From NCBI GenBank assembly GCA_951406725.2, contig OX597823.1, positions 101,432,001 through 101,496,000 of the forward strand: 64,000 nt of DNA, read 5' to 3'. Below the pieces are notes generated by a model that was given only the letters and a program-made list of their open reading frames with translations, had not been told where the DNA came from and ran no database searches. The stretch comes from Octopus vulgaris (taxonomy: Eukaryota). Below, one piece after another: positions 11,215 to 23,656 of the stretch. How positions within the stretch are numbered: position 1 is the first letter of the stretch; each line of letters starts with the position of its first letter. Both the position numbers and the translations under genes were made by a program.

Positions 11215-13630
11215 ATTCTATTTGTTTAAGGCATTGGACTGTAGCCCTAGCGGGGCACCACCTTGAGGTCATTAAATCAATCAAATTGATACGAGTTCGC
11301 ATTTTTAAAAGTCTGGTACTTATAGTACATAAAATCTAACCCCAGAGCTTTCTACAGGTATGCCAAAGAAACAGCTACGGTGCACTGTAGGATATGGCCA
11401 CTCCTTGAAAAGGATGGCACACTCACAGGAAATCCAATGAGGGTAAGTGAAAATACTAAATGAGCAATTCAAGAGTATTTTCACGCCACCCCTAGGGCAT
11501 TTTCAAGTCAGCAATCCAACTGACTTCTTTACCACTGCAGATATAAAATCGCAGGCAGCAATGATTGATTACATCAATATAAAGGAAGACGATGTAATAA
11601 AGGCTATTGATAAAATGAAAACAAACTCAGCTACTGGCCCAGGTGGATTCCCAGCAATCATCCTAAAAGTATGTAAGAGAGTCCTAGCAAGTCCACTGCA
11701 GTTCCTCTTTCAGAGCTTCCTTGCAACTGGCAAACTTCCAAGAAAACTGAAGGAAGGTAAAATATGCCCTATTCATAAAGGAGGTAGCAGAGCGGAGGCC
11801 AAGAACTACAGACCTATCTCTCTGACCTCACACATCAGCAAGGTCATGGAACGAATAGTCTGAAGGAAACTAATCACCTTCCTTGAAGAAAATGACTTGC
11901 TGCCTGACACTCAACATGGTGTCCGACCAGGAAGAAGCTGCTTAACTCAGCTCCTACAACACTATGACTGGGTGCTGAAACGACTGCTCAACCACTCAAA
12001 TGTGGAAGTGATATATCTCGACTTTGCAAAGGCCTTTGATAAAGTCGATCATGGAATGCTATGTAACAAACTGCGTGATCTTGGCATAGTTGGAAAATTG
12101 GGAGAGTGGCTTCATGACTTTCTGAAGGATAGAAGTCAGGTGGTAGTAGCCAATGGGGCCACTTCCATTAACATGCAAATAGTTAGCGGTGTTCCGCAGG
12201 GCACTGTTTTGGGACCACTACTGTTCATAATGGTCCTCTCAGACATGCCCTCAGCCACGCAGAGAGCCACGATCACAAGTTATGCAGATGATACAAAAGT
12301 TTCACAGGCAATACAGAACCCTGCAATGTGAGCTGGGCAAAATATACAAGTGGGCTGAAAAGAATAGCATGCAGTTCAATGCTGAAAAGTTTCAAGCTTT
12401 ATGCTATCAGCACGCAAAACTAAATGCAATACCCAATAAATACACTAGACCTGGAGGGACTGCAATCCCAGAGGCACAATCAGTGCGAGACCTGGGTATT
12501 TACATGAGTGATGATGCAACCTTTCATGTGCATGTTGCTAAATTGGCAATGAAATGTAGGCGGCTGACCGGATGGATTCTTAGAACCTTCAGAACAAGAG
12601 ACCAGGAAACCATGATGGTCCTCTGGAGGACACTTGTCCTAAGCCACTTTGACTATTGCTCTCAGCTATGGTCACCATCCAGTGTCAAGTTAATCACAGA
12701 ACTTGAGGCGATCCAACGAAGCTACACGAAGAAGATAGCCTCTGTGCAGCATATAAGCTATTGGGAAAGACTCAAGAGATTGAGACTCTATTCCTTAGAG
12801 CGTAGGCGAGGAAGATATGCCATAATATACATCTGGAAGATCCTAGAAGGACTTGTCCCAAACTTTGGCATCGAGAGTTACACAAATGCCAGAACTGGGC
12901 GCCACTGCATAGTGCCAAGGACTCCAAATTTGCCATCAAGATGTAGGACAAGATACTGTGATAGCCTGGGCTTCAGAGGCCGACAGCTCTTCAATATTCT
13001 CCCGAAGAACCTAAGAGACCTGCATGGGGTGGATGCAGATGTCTTTAAAATGAAACTGGATCTCTTCTTGTCAGGTATCCCAGATGAACCAACTTCACGG
13101 CAGGAGGTGCAGATGAGGGCAGCTGCATCGAACTCTCTCATGCACCAAATGGCAGTTGCTAAAAAGCATTCGTGAAGTAAAATCATGTAGCAACACCAAA
13201 TGGTGGTGCCCCAGCATGGCCACAGCTAGTGAGCTGAAACTAGATAAATAAAGAAAAAAAAGAAATAGTATCAATGCCTTTTTGCTGAACTGCTAAGTTA
13301 CGAGAATCCAAAGATAAAAAAAACATCGGTTATGAAAGGATGAGAAACGAATACAAATACAAAGACGCAAACACCATCTCGCACTCGCGCGCCCACACAC
13401 ACACACACACACACACGCGTGTGTGTGAATATACGTGTGTGTATGTATGTATGTATATATAGAGACAAATAAATAGTTAGTTAAATACACGATTGGCTTC
13501 CACATACTGTCTGTCTATCAAATTCACTCAGACAACATTTGTCAGCCCTAGACTATAGCAAGATCCATTAATCAAAAAAGCATGAGACGGAACTGAATTC
13601 GAAAATACGTGGGAGCAAAACGAACTTAAA
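11215..13630 (-). mobile_element. Old S1 SINE split by the LINE insertion (halves at about 11215-11327 and 13265-13630)
   Basis: Joining the flanks restores CTGGTACTTATAGTATCAATGCCTTTTTGCTGAACTGCTAAGTTACG, matching S1 (reverse) CTAGTACTTATTCTATCGGTCTCTTTTGCCGAACCGCTAAGTTACG. Confidence 0.75.
11328..13264 (+). mobile_element. 5'-truncated CR1-type non-LTR retrotransposon (broken reverse transcriptase ORF2)
   Basis: Motifs NYRPISLTS, YLDFAKAFDKV, SGVPQGTVLGPLLF, YADDTK, DYCSQLWSP and LYSLERRR are spread over three ORF pieces. It has a short 3' stem-loop with an A-rich tail and a 6-bp target-site duplication ATAGTA (11322-11327, 13265-13270). Confidence 0.95.
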
Positions 13631-13734
13631 CGTATCTGTCTCTCTCTCTTTCTATCTATCAACCTCTCTAAATATCAATCAATCTATCCATCTACCTATC
13701 TATCTAACTATACATACATATGTGCGCATATATA

Positions 13735-13776
<42 letters not shown>

Positions 13777-13802
13777 CGTATATATACTCATATATACATT
13801 AT

Positions 13803-13842
<40 letters not shown>

Positions 13843-14397
13843 GACCGTATACAATATTTTGGTTTCAGATTTTCGTAAAGTACTAAATAACACGGCTATC
13901 TCTCTCTCTCTTTATCTCTCTATCTCCCCCTCTCTCTCTCCCTATCTATCTATCTATTTACAATATCGTCCGAAGAATCGTGCTTTTGTGAAACTATTAG
14001 TAACGAGGAATATTTCCCCGTACGTGTATTACATGTCACAATCTAGCTGTCTGGATTAATCCCTAATATAATACGGTTCAATGTATGATAACTTGCGGCA
14101 GATCTATTTGCCATTTCTGTCAGGTCGAAAGACTCCTCCATTGACTTAACGAAGTTTTGTCTTTCAAGCAGCTGTTGACTGGTAAAGAGCGAAAAAATCT
14201 AACCCAAATAAGGACTTATATTAAAAAAACATAGCGGGTGGAAACGGGGCTATGGAAAGTAATGTGAAATCGTTGCATCCATGATAGAAAAAATACATGA
14301 ATTATATTATCTGTGGTAAGGACTTCATTTTGTTTAATGTCTGTCATCAGTTTTTGCTTATTATTTTTTTATATTTCGTTTGAGATAATACTTATCA

Positions 14398-14449
<52 letters not shown>

Positions 14450-15003
14450 GAGTGAGAGAGCAGTTCATGCCATCAAAGTGACACTGGGGTAAAATATACG
14501 AAGCCCAATATACCCATCATGACTACCCGTCTGATAAAGGTACACCAGGCACATGCATCACAACCATATGTGCGCGACATGGTGATCTCATATCAAGATA
14601 AACAGCACATGACCTTGCAGGTGGAGCCCAGTTAGAATTTTCTTCAGGTTGAGTAGCCCATCCCGCTCAAAAGGTCCCTGAATAAGGGTTGTTTAAGGAT
14701 GTTGAAAGAACCACCCATGTTTCCAGAGGTGAACTATTCAAACCCCAAAGAATCCCTCTCAACACATGGCTATGATGCTCCCCCACTACTTCTGCTCGTG
14801 ATCAGAGATGCACATATCGTCAGCCACTAAGGGACATGCTCAACTGGTTAAGGTCAAACAACTGACAAGCAAATCTGTGGTATTGAGCAGAATATTTGCT
14901 GTAGCCCATCTTTTATACCAAGACAAAACAATGTACATGATAACACTTCCAATCAGTTAAGATCAGAAGCCATGAGAGCCACTGCCTGGTACTGCATCAG
15001 GGC

Positions 15004-15006
<3 letters not shown>
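14450..15006. mobile_element. ~557-bp non-coding insertion embedded in an (ATT)n microsatellite
   Basis: Complex, GC-richer block flanked on both sides by pure (ATT)n (14400-14449 and 15007-15050); no long ORF. Confidence 0.65.
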
Positions 15007-15051
<45 letters not shown>

Positions 15052-15814
15052 TTTTATCATTTTGTGCGATTTGTTGTATTTTTTTTACCCCGAGTCAACT
15101 AAAGCTTTGTGAGTAGCTTAGGGAGACAAAAACTGAAAGAAAACCGTCGAGTATATGTGCATTATATGCGTTTCTTTGCGTTTGTGATTTCCCTCCGCAC
15201 TGATTTGTTTACTTCCCCGTGACCTTGCGGTTCGATAAAAAGACCCGATATAAACAATAAGTACTAAAGACGATTTGTTTGACTGAACCCTTCAAGCCAG
15301 TGTCCCAGAATGGGCGCAGTTCAATGACTGTAACAGGTAAAGGTTAAACGATATATTTCTTTATTCATTATCCTTCATATCTGCCTTTGTTTCCATTTCT
15401 CCTGCTCTCTCTCTCTATCTTCTCTTCGTTCCTCGTTTTCTTTCTCCTGCCCCTTCCTTTCCCTTAGTCTTTTCTTATTATTTTCTGCCAATCCTGCAAT
15501 TTTTCTTCCCTTTTCTTTCTGTTATCCTTTCATACTGTTTCCTTTTGTTTTAACTCTTCCTTCCTTTCTTCCTTCCTTCCTTTCTTTTTTTCATTCTTTC
15601 AGTCTTTCCTTTTTTATTTCTTTCTTTCTTGCTTGCTTCCCTGTTTGTCTCTTCCTTGCTTTCTTCCTCTCTTTCTTCTTACGCTCTTGCTTATATTTCT
15701 TTTCTTTATCTTTCATTCATTCTTTCACTCGTTTCTTCCTTATTCCTTGCAATCACTTTCTTTCGTAATTTCTTTCTTTCTTTCTCTCTCCCTCTCTTCT
15801 ATCTTTGCCCTCAC

Positions 15815-16053
<239 letters not shown>

Positions 16054-16236
16054 CCCTTCTTATCTTCCTCTTTTTCCTTTTCCTTTACTTCGTCCCGGTT
16101 TTTTTTACATCTTTATATATAATTCCTTCATTCGTTCACTCATATTGTTCTACCGATCGCTCATAAACACAAATCCACAAGAAATATAGAAAATTAATCA
16201 CACAATATATCATAGTTTCATGAATTCTGGTCTTCA

Positions 16237-17460
16237 ATATCTCATTTATTTAAATTCTGAACTATTTATTGTCTGTGTGTACTAAACACGCGTGCGCACT
16301 CGCACAAATTCATGCAATCACACACACATACACAAACGCACGCACATACGAATGAAATAAATAAATATATAAATAAATATATAAATAAAAATAAACGAAT
16401 AAGAATAGATGAGTGTACAAACACTAAACTTTTACAGCTGATTCTACCATGGAGTTGCCAAATCTTCCAAGTTATCTTCATCACGCCAGTGATATACAAG
16501 GATGAACAAACATTGGACAGGGGTGGACAATGGTTGACCTCAAGGCTTCATCAGAGAGACCAAATGTTAGGTAACTAACATATGGGAAAGTAAGTTAAAA
16601 TAATAAGATAAAATGAAATTAAAATAATATAATAGAAATAGTAAGGAATGGTAAGAACTTCATTTTTCAATGCTATTATAATCCACATTTACATCTTATG
16701 GTAAATGAAGCTACTTTCAGGAGAAATTTCCGCAGGCTGTGGGTTACATCGTGTTTCAATTATACTAGAGGAAATAGCCAGGGTAAGATGTTGTGTTGTG
16801 AGTTTAATGGTATGGTCCATGTCACAGGGATCAGAAGTTAGAGGCTAACTGCTATTTAAAGGAGTTGGCAGACTTGACTTAAATTGAACCTGTTTCGAAA
16901 GATTCAATACATAAGTATATCAATGAAAGAAAAGTTTGGTAAAACCTTAGTGCGATGTGATTATTTGTTACTTATTAACAGAAACCTAATCCCAATAGTT
17001 GTAGAGTGAGGTCAAAGTCATTACTGCAACATAATTGGTCAGTTAATATTTGGGAACAATGGCGTTGTTCAGGTCCGTTAAAACTATCAATAAATTACAA
17101 GACAAAAACAAAGTAAAAACAAAAAATACAAAATACAATATTTAAGGAGTGAATAGTCTAATGGGTCTTACTAATGAATGGGCGATGAAAAGCACTTACG
17201 GATCCATATCTCATTTATTTAAATTCTGAACTATTTATTGTCTGTGTGTACTAAATACGCATGCGCACTCGCACAAATTCATGCAATCACACACACATAC
17301 ACAAACGCACGCACATACGAATGAAATAAATAAATATATAAATAAATATATAAATAAAAATAAACGAATAAGAATAGATGAGTGTACAAATACTAAACTT
17401 TTACAGCTGATTCTACCATGGAGTTGCCAAATCGTCCAAGTTATCTTCATCACGCCAGTG
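16237..17460. repeat. 255-bp direct repeats (16237-16491, 17206-17460) flanking a 714-bp unique insert
   Basis: Both copies run ATATCTCATTTATT...CATCACGCCAGTG; I counted about 4 substitutions. Confidence 0.92.
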
Positions 17461-17659
17461 TTTTATATGAATATATCTGAGATATATATCAAATTAACAA
17501 GTAATTGTCTGAATGAGAAAAGTAATGGACGAAGCAATTAGTGGAAATGTAAACAAACGATAAACAAACGTTATCGGGCTCTATCGGAGGAAAGTAGCCG
17601 GTTAGTATATTATCACATTAAAATGCAGGGATAAATTATAAAGAGTCAGAAGTAGTCGT

Positions 17660-18021
17660 CGGTGGATTTCTAAGATTTCATCAACCCTAATTTGTGATGG
17701 CCAAATTTTCCTGAATATAATCTCATGTGTGGGGTGCAGTTCATAAAGACACAAACCACTCTGCATGCAATGCCAAGGTCGAGCTGCTGGCTAAGATCAA
17801 GGAGGTGTTCAAAGATCTTTCCAGAGACAGTGATGGACGCATACGCCAGTTTCCGGAGCCATCTTGAGGCCATTATGGAAGCTAAGAGCGGCTATTTTGA
17901 GTCAACTGTTATTTCTGAGCCATAATCTAGTTGATGTCTTATGAATTTTAAAATGCTTTTAAATTTTGAATGGAATATTGTGTTCCCTTTCCCTTTTATG
18001 CAATTTTACCCGAACAACCTG
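17660..18021 (+). mobile_element. 3' part of a maT-like transposon with terminal repeat
   Basis: Frameshifted translation VWGAVHKDTNHSACNAKVELLAKIKEVF..ETVMDAYASFRSHLEAIMEAKSGYFE resembles the 8880-9480 relic. It ends AATTTTACCCGAACAACCTG followed by TA. Confidence 0.7.
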
Positions 18022-18641
18022 TATATATGACGGGCTTCTTTCAGTTTCCATCAACAGAAGACATTTGCCAAGATGTCGTTTAGTGAGGCTGAAATCATGA
18101 TTACATGGTTGGGAAGTAAGTTATCTTAGCCACAACAGTTACGCCTGCATCTATATAGTCGTTTACAGTAGCAGCATGTCTCTCACAACCTCTTGGGTTC
18201 AAGCTCAAGCTGTAAGATTATTAATTTCCATCGAAGAAGATGGATCGGAGTGTCTCCATTATGTTTTAGTCAGTGCCGCATAGTATATAGTTGCTGTGAC
18301 CACAGCTTATTGTTCACCTTCGATAGTGTCTGATTCTAAAACGCCGGTTGTTGGTATCTTTTTTGTAGTCTTGTATCCAGCAAGGTGACTCACGTGTACA
18401 ACAGAGGAATTATTTTAGAATAATAGTAACTATATGCAAAGACGTGTTTATTGTCCAAAATTTTTTCCACGTGAATTTTTATTATACATCGCACGCCATA
18501 GATAACTATTAATTTAAGATAAGCTTTTCTTTTCAATTGTCATGGAAGACGTTCTTATTGTCTGACTGAAGACACTTTTAAGAATTTTGAAAAATTCCCT
18601 TGAAACTGCGATGGCTATTCGTCAAAGTTGTGTGCGCGCGT

Positions 18642-18690
<49 letters not shown>

Positions 18691-18775
18691 GCACACGTAT
18701 ATTTATGCGTACATGCAAACGTATATACATTTACACATATAAATATACATACACGCATATGTATATATATACATA

Positions 18776-19200
18776 CAGGAGTAGCTGCGTAGTAAGTAGT
18801 CTGCTAACCAACCACATGGTTCCAGGTTCATTCCCACTGTGTGGCACCTTGAGCAAGTGTCTTCTACTATAGCCTCGGGCTGACCAAAGCCTTGTGAGTG
18901 GATTTGGTAGACGGAAACTGAAAGAAGCTCATCGTATATATGTGTGTGTGTATGTGCGTATGCGTGTCTGTGTGTGTGTGTGTGTGTACATTTGTGTCTC
19001 TATGTTTGTCCTCCCCCCAACATCGCTTCACAACCGATGTTAGTGTGCTTACGTCCTCGTAACTTAGCGGTTCGCAAAAGAGACCGATAGAATATGTACT
19101 AGGCTTAGAAAGGATAAGTCCTGGAGCGATTTGCTCGACTAAAGGTGGTGCTCCAGCATGGCCGCAGTCAAATGACTGAAACAAGTAAAAAAATAAAAGA
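18776..19200 (+). mobile_element. Near full-length tRNA-derived SINE, family S1
   Basis: A/B-box-like head, internal (TG)n and 3' GGTGGTGCTCCAGCATGGCCGCAGTCAAATGACTGAAACAAGTAAAA. Confidence 0.92.
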
Positions 19201-19346
19201 ATATATATACATATACATATACACGTATATATTTGTATATGGATGTGTGTATGTATATATTTATGCATTTTTATATACACACACACGCACATCTATGTAC
19301 ATAAACATATATGCATATGTATGTATATATATATTATGTATGTATG

Positions 19347-19399
<53 letters not shown>

Positions 19400-20451
19400 A
19401 GTGTGTGTGTGGGTGTGTGTGTGTGTATATATATATGCATATATATATATATATATATACGAAAGAAGGTTTGAAAATGCAATTTAAAAGATGTTTATTT
19501 ACTTAACCGGTTTCACTCTTTGGAAAAAGATTGTCAAAAGTAACATAGAATATTATGAATTCAAAAAAGTTTTTTACATAATTGCCACATAACATGTATA
19601 TATACAGTCTTTGGTAACAGGAACATGTTAAGGACATAAAGAAGTACAACAGTGTGATGAGAATATTTGAAAAAATGGGCAGAAAAGAATAAAACAAATA
19701 TATTATTGGAAGTTTGGTTGCGTTAATTATTGGTTGTTGCAAATTGCCACATTACATGTATATAAACAGTCTTTGGTAACAAGGACATCCTAATGACATA
19801 AGAAAGTACAACAGTATGATGAGAATATTTGAAAAAATGGGCAGAAAAGATTAAAATGAATATATTATACATCTCAGGGTCAGTACAGAATATTATGAAT
19901 TCAAGGCAAGTTTGTTTACTGACCTGTCCGTTTTAGCAGAAATGTTGAATTGAGAAAGATGTACCCGTTTTTTTCTGTTTATGGCTTTCCTTCAAGCATC
20001 AATGATTTTGGAGTTAGGATGAGGTGAATATATGTGTCTCTCTGCGTGTGTGTGAATAGATGTGTCTGTGTGTCTGTAGTATTTGGTCAGATGGCGTCTG
20101 TTTGTCAAGTGTGTGTGGTTGTCATGGTGTTGTGTGTGCGTGTGTGCGCGCGTGCGCGTGTGCGTGTGCATGTGCGCGTGCGCGTGTACGCACGCATGAG
20201 TGTGGATGGCATTTGACATGGTGCTGCGTGTGTATATATGTGCCTGTATGGAGGTGAGACTGGTGTGAGTGTGCGTGCCCCTGTGTGCGTGCACACACAC
20301 GTATACAAGCGTCTGCGTGTGTGTGGGGTCTGTTTTTGAATGGTTCCCGGGTGGCGAAAATAGATGTGTGTTGTTTAAAGAATTTTTGGGGGTAGGATGG
20401 TGTGTGTATATATGCGTGCCCGCCCGTGCGCGCCTACGCGTGTGTGCGGGC

Positions 20452-20508
<57 letters not shown>

Positions 20509-20511
<3 letters not shown>

Positions 20512-20679
20512 CGCAGGAGTGGCTGTGTGGTAAGTAGCTTGCTAACCAGCCACATGGTTCCGGGTTCAGTCCACTGCGTGGCATCTTGTGCAAGTGTCTT
20601 CTGCTATAGCCCCGGGCCGACCAATGCCTTGTGAGTGGATTTGGTAGACGGAAACTGAAAGAAGCCTGTCGTATATATG

Positions 20680-20710
<31 letters not shown>

Positions 20711-20925
20711 TTGTGTGTCTGTGTTTGTCCCCCTAGCATTGCTTGACAACCGATGCTGGTGTGTTTACGTCCCCGTCACTTAGCGGTTCGGCAAAAGAGA
20801 CCGATAGAATAAGTACTGGGCTTATAAAGAATAAGTCCCGGGGTCGAGTTGCTCGACTAAAGGCGGTGCTCCAGCATGGCCGCAGTCGAATGACTGAAAC
20901 AAGTAAAAGAGTAAAGAGTAAAGAG
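20509..20925 (+). mobile_element. Full-length SINE, family S1, inserted in (TA)n
   Basis: AGGCGCAGGAGTGGCTGTGTGGTAAG...GGTTCAGTCC head and (GAGTAAA)n tail. Confidence 0.95.
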
Positions 20926-20970
20926 TATATATATGCATTCATACATATATATATAGACATACACACACAC

Positions 20971-21157
20971 CTTTATTCTTTTACTTGTTTCAGTCATTTG
21001 ACTGCTGGAGCACCGCCTTTAGTCGAGCAAATCGACCTCAGGACTTATTCTTTGTAAGCGTAGTACTTATTCTATCGGTCCTTTTGCTGAACCGCTAAGC
21101 TACGTGGACGTAAACATACCGGTTGTCAAGCGGTTGTGGGGGACAAACACAGACACC
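20971..21157 (-). mobile_element. 3' half of an S1 SINE, inverted relative to 20509-20925
   Basis: Reverse complement of the S1 3' half. Confidence 0.9.
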
Positions 21158-21349
21158 TAAACATATATACTCACATACATATACGGAAACTGAAAGAAGC
21201 CCGTCGTATACACAAACACATGCATGTGCGTGTGTGTGTGTGTGTGTGTGTATGTGTGTGTGTGTGTAGATCTATGTGTATGTGCCTGTATATGTACTTT
21301 TGTTTATCCGCAACACCGCTTGACAACTGTCTTTGGTTTGTTTATCCCC

Positions 21350-21590
21350 TTCGGAGAACCTTTATTCCTCCTCAGATACAATCGTATATCATGTAGTCTG
21401 TAACAGCACCCTTCTATAGCTGTGAAGATGGATGACCTACACTCGTCACATTAAAGCTTCGGAGCGCTTCCAAATGAGCTGCCTTTCGCGAATCTAGGGA
21501 ATTACCAGTCTCAAGCTTGTGCCTCACACAAAAGTCTTATATATGTAGATCAGCTTCTGAAGGCTTGTCGCCATGATTAACTACTGCATG
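21350..21590 (+). mobile_element. RTE-type LINE C-terminal relic
   Basis: Frameshifted translation LLYSCE../TYTRHIKASERFQMSCLSRI*GI....VPHTKVL fits the RTE pattern LLYGCETW...LE.F...CLR.ILGI. Confidence 0.6.
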
Positions 21591-22227
21591 TTACAGTGGA
21601 TGGGGCGTTTGATTTGTCTGCGAATTCTAGCAGATCGAGCGACCGTTAAAGTCATCATCTCTGGTTTGTTGTTGTTACCGCTGTTGTTGTTGTTACCGCT
21701 GTTGTTTGCTGTTGTTGTTGTTTATTATTAACTCCAATTTAATTCTGATTGAACAGTCCTATGATGAAGGGGTTCAGCAACGGCTTTTCGTCATTTTGTA
21801 TAACAGAGGTGATGTTGCCTGATGTATCTTTATTTAACGAGTTAGCTGTGATTGGTAGGAAATTTGATTGCTATCTCTAGCAGGATGTACAATTGGTTTG
21901 AGGTCTCCTCAAAGGCTCGAGGAGTGATAATAGTTCTCACCATTTGAGAACTTAATAGTATTTTGACAGAAAGACGAATAATCTGCTTTTCATACTTGTT
22001 CCCTCTGTCTGTGTATCTGTCTGCTTGTCTGTCTCTCTTTTCCTCATTCTCTTTCTGTATTTCCTTCTCTCTCTTTTTCTCTTCCTTTCTCTCTTTGTTC
22101 TGGCACTTTCTTACTCTTTCACACATTCAGTCTGAGGACTTCCTGTCGGCTGGCTCCTGTTTGACCTTTGCTACAGTGTTCTATTTTAGAGATATCAATC
22201 AGTCTCCATTTGCCTACTTGTTCCTCT

Positions 22228-22303
<76 letters not shown>

Positions 22304-22360
22304 GAAATATCACAAGATATTTTGTTCAATGCTCTGCCAATTCTGTCATCGACCATTATA

Positions 22361-22870
22361 TTAGGATGTTTGGAAAGAAATTACGAATTTCACAGCTATA
22401 AATTTTATTCAACCAACCAAGGCATTGCAGAAAACGTCGTCTAAATCTAGTTTGCCATCTCGTCGATCCGGAAGTCTGCCGTTTATTGTGTACAGTTTGA
22501 CCCCACGGAAGATAAAAACCTTAAAGATTAATATATTCGCTGTTGCTCACTGTATGAATTTCGAAATGGTAGTACTACTACTACACAGGCAATGGAAAAC
22601 ATCTGTGGTGTACATTGTGATGCAGTAATCGCTCGTAAATGCCAGCTGTGGTTTCAGAAGTTTAAAAATAGCGATTAGGATCTCTCTGATAAGCGTTTCA
22701 CTGAAAGTCGAAACACTTTGGATGACAGTCTTATGAGAGAAACAGTTGAGTTAGATCTTTGCCGTAGCATCAAAGATTTGGCACAGTATCTGAATTTGCC
22801 ATGTTCAATTGTCCATGATAACCTCACGCGAATTGAGAAACAGTGTAAACACGGATTTTGACCTCCCATT
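22361..22870 (+). mobile_element. Mariner (Mos1-like) 5' end with decayed transposase HTH domain
   Basis: TA followed by a TTAGG..-type terminus. Translation IRCCSLYEFRNG..QAMENICGVH..CQLWFQKFKNSD*DLSD...DDSLMRETVE..IKDLAQYL..VHDNL.RIEK.CKHG fits the mariner N-terminus. Confidence 0.8.
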
Positions 22871-23063
22871 GTTTTTTCATATGAAGAAAAATGTGTCCAA
22901 TATGTGAGAACAAAAAAAAAACCTGATAGTAAAGGTATCAATAAATAAAAAAATCAATACCAACACCGAAACCAAAACTTCAGCCACAGAATTCTTTGCT
23001 GCGTGTCTGGTAGTACAACAGGACTTTATCTCTACAGAATCTTTATGTCCCTGATAGAACATA

Positions 23064-23128
<65 letters not shown>

Positions 23129-23419
23129 AAGACTGTGATTTGACGAAGATTCAGCTGCTATTTCTGACAGATCAAGCGATGACTTAAATTTAAATTCGTT
23201 AGCTCGTCGCACCAGCAAACCCCCAAAACACGCCCAATCGTATTAAAAACGGGACATATTAGACATTATAACCTAGGAGACACTACTGCTTTCACTTTAC
23301 ATATGTTTTGTCACAATATCAGTAAAATATAGAATTTCCACAGACTTGCCTAAAGTATCACTGTTTGCTTTCTGTTTCACCTTTGGATATGTGAGTCAAA
23401 GAATTCACATGCACGAAGC

Positions 23420-23656
23420 CGATGGTTCTCAACCTATTTTTGCCTATGGATTCCTTTGGTTCCTATTTTACTCTACTGGAGCTCCATAGCCTTTCAACAT
23501 GGATAAAATCCTTCATAATTAAATACCATTAGGAATTGTATAAAACAAAATTGTGTATTGAAGAAGCAAAAGCAATTTATTGCACATAAATTTTAACAAC
23601 AAAATCTTATATGGATCCCCAAGGGTCATATTATGGACCCCGGTTGAGAACCACTG
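23420..23656. mobile_element. hAT (Charlie-like) MITE
   Basis: Termini CGATGGTTCTCAACC ... GGTTGAGAACCACTG; no 8-bp target duplication is retained. Confidence 0.65.

Noticed and set aside
14930-15006. HDV-like or twister ribozyme at the end of the (ATT)n-embedded element
   Set aside because: I could not build the required nested pseudoknot; only a simple hairpin is supported.
16525-16560. Minus-strand CTGATGAAGCC-TTGA-GGTC
   Set aside because: GAAA and the helix I partner are absent.
16237-17460. LTR retrotransposon or TRIM
   Set aside because: No TG...CA termini, target duplication or evident primer-binding site; kept only as a duplication.
20509-20585. tRNA genes at SINE heads
   Set aside because: A/B-box-like motifs are present but there is no complete cloverleaf, and they continue into SINE bodies.
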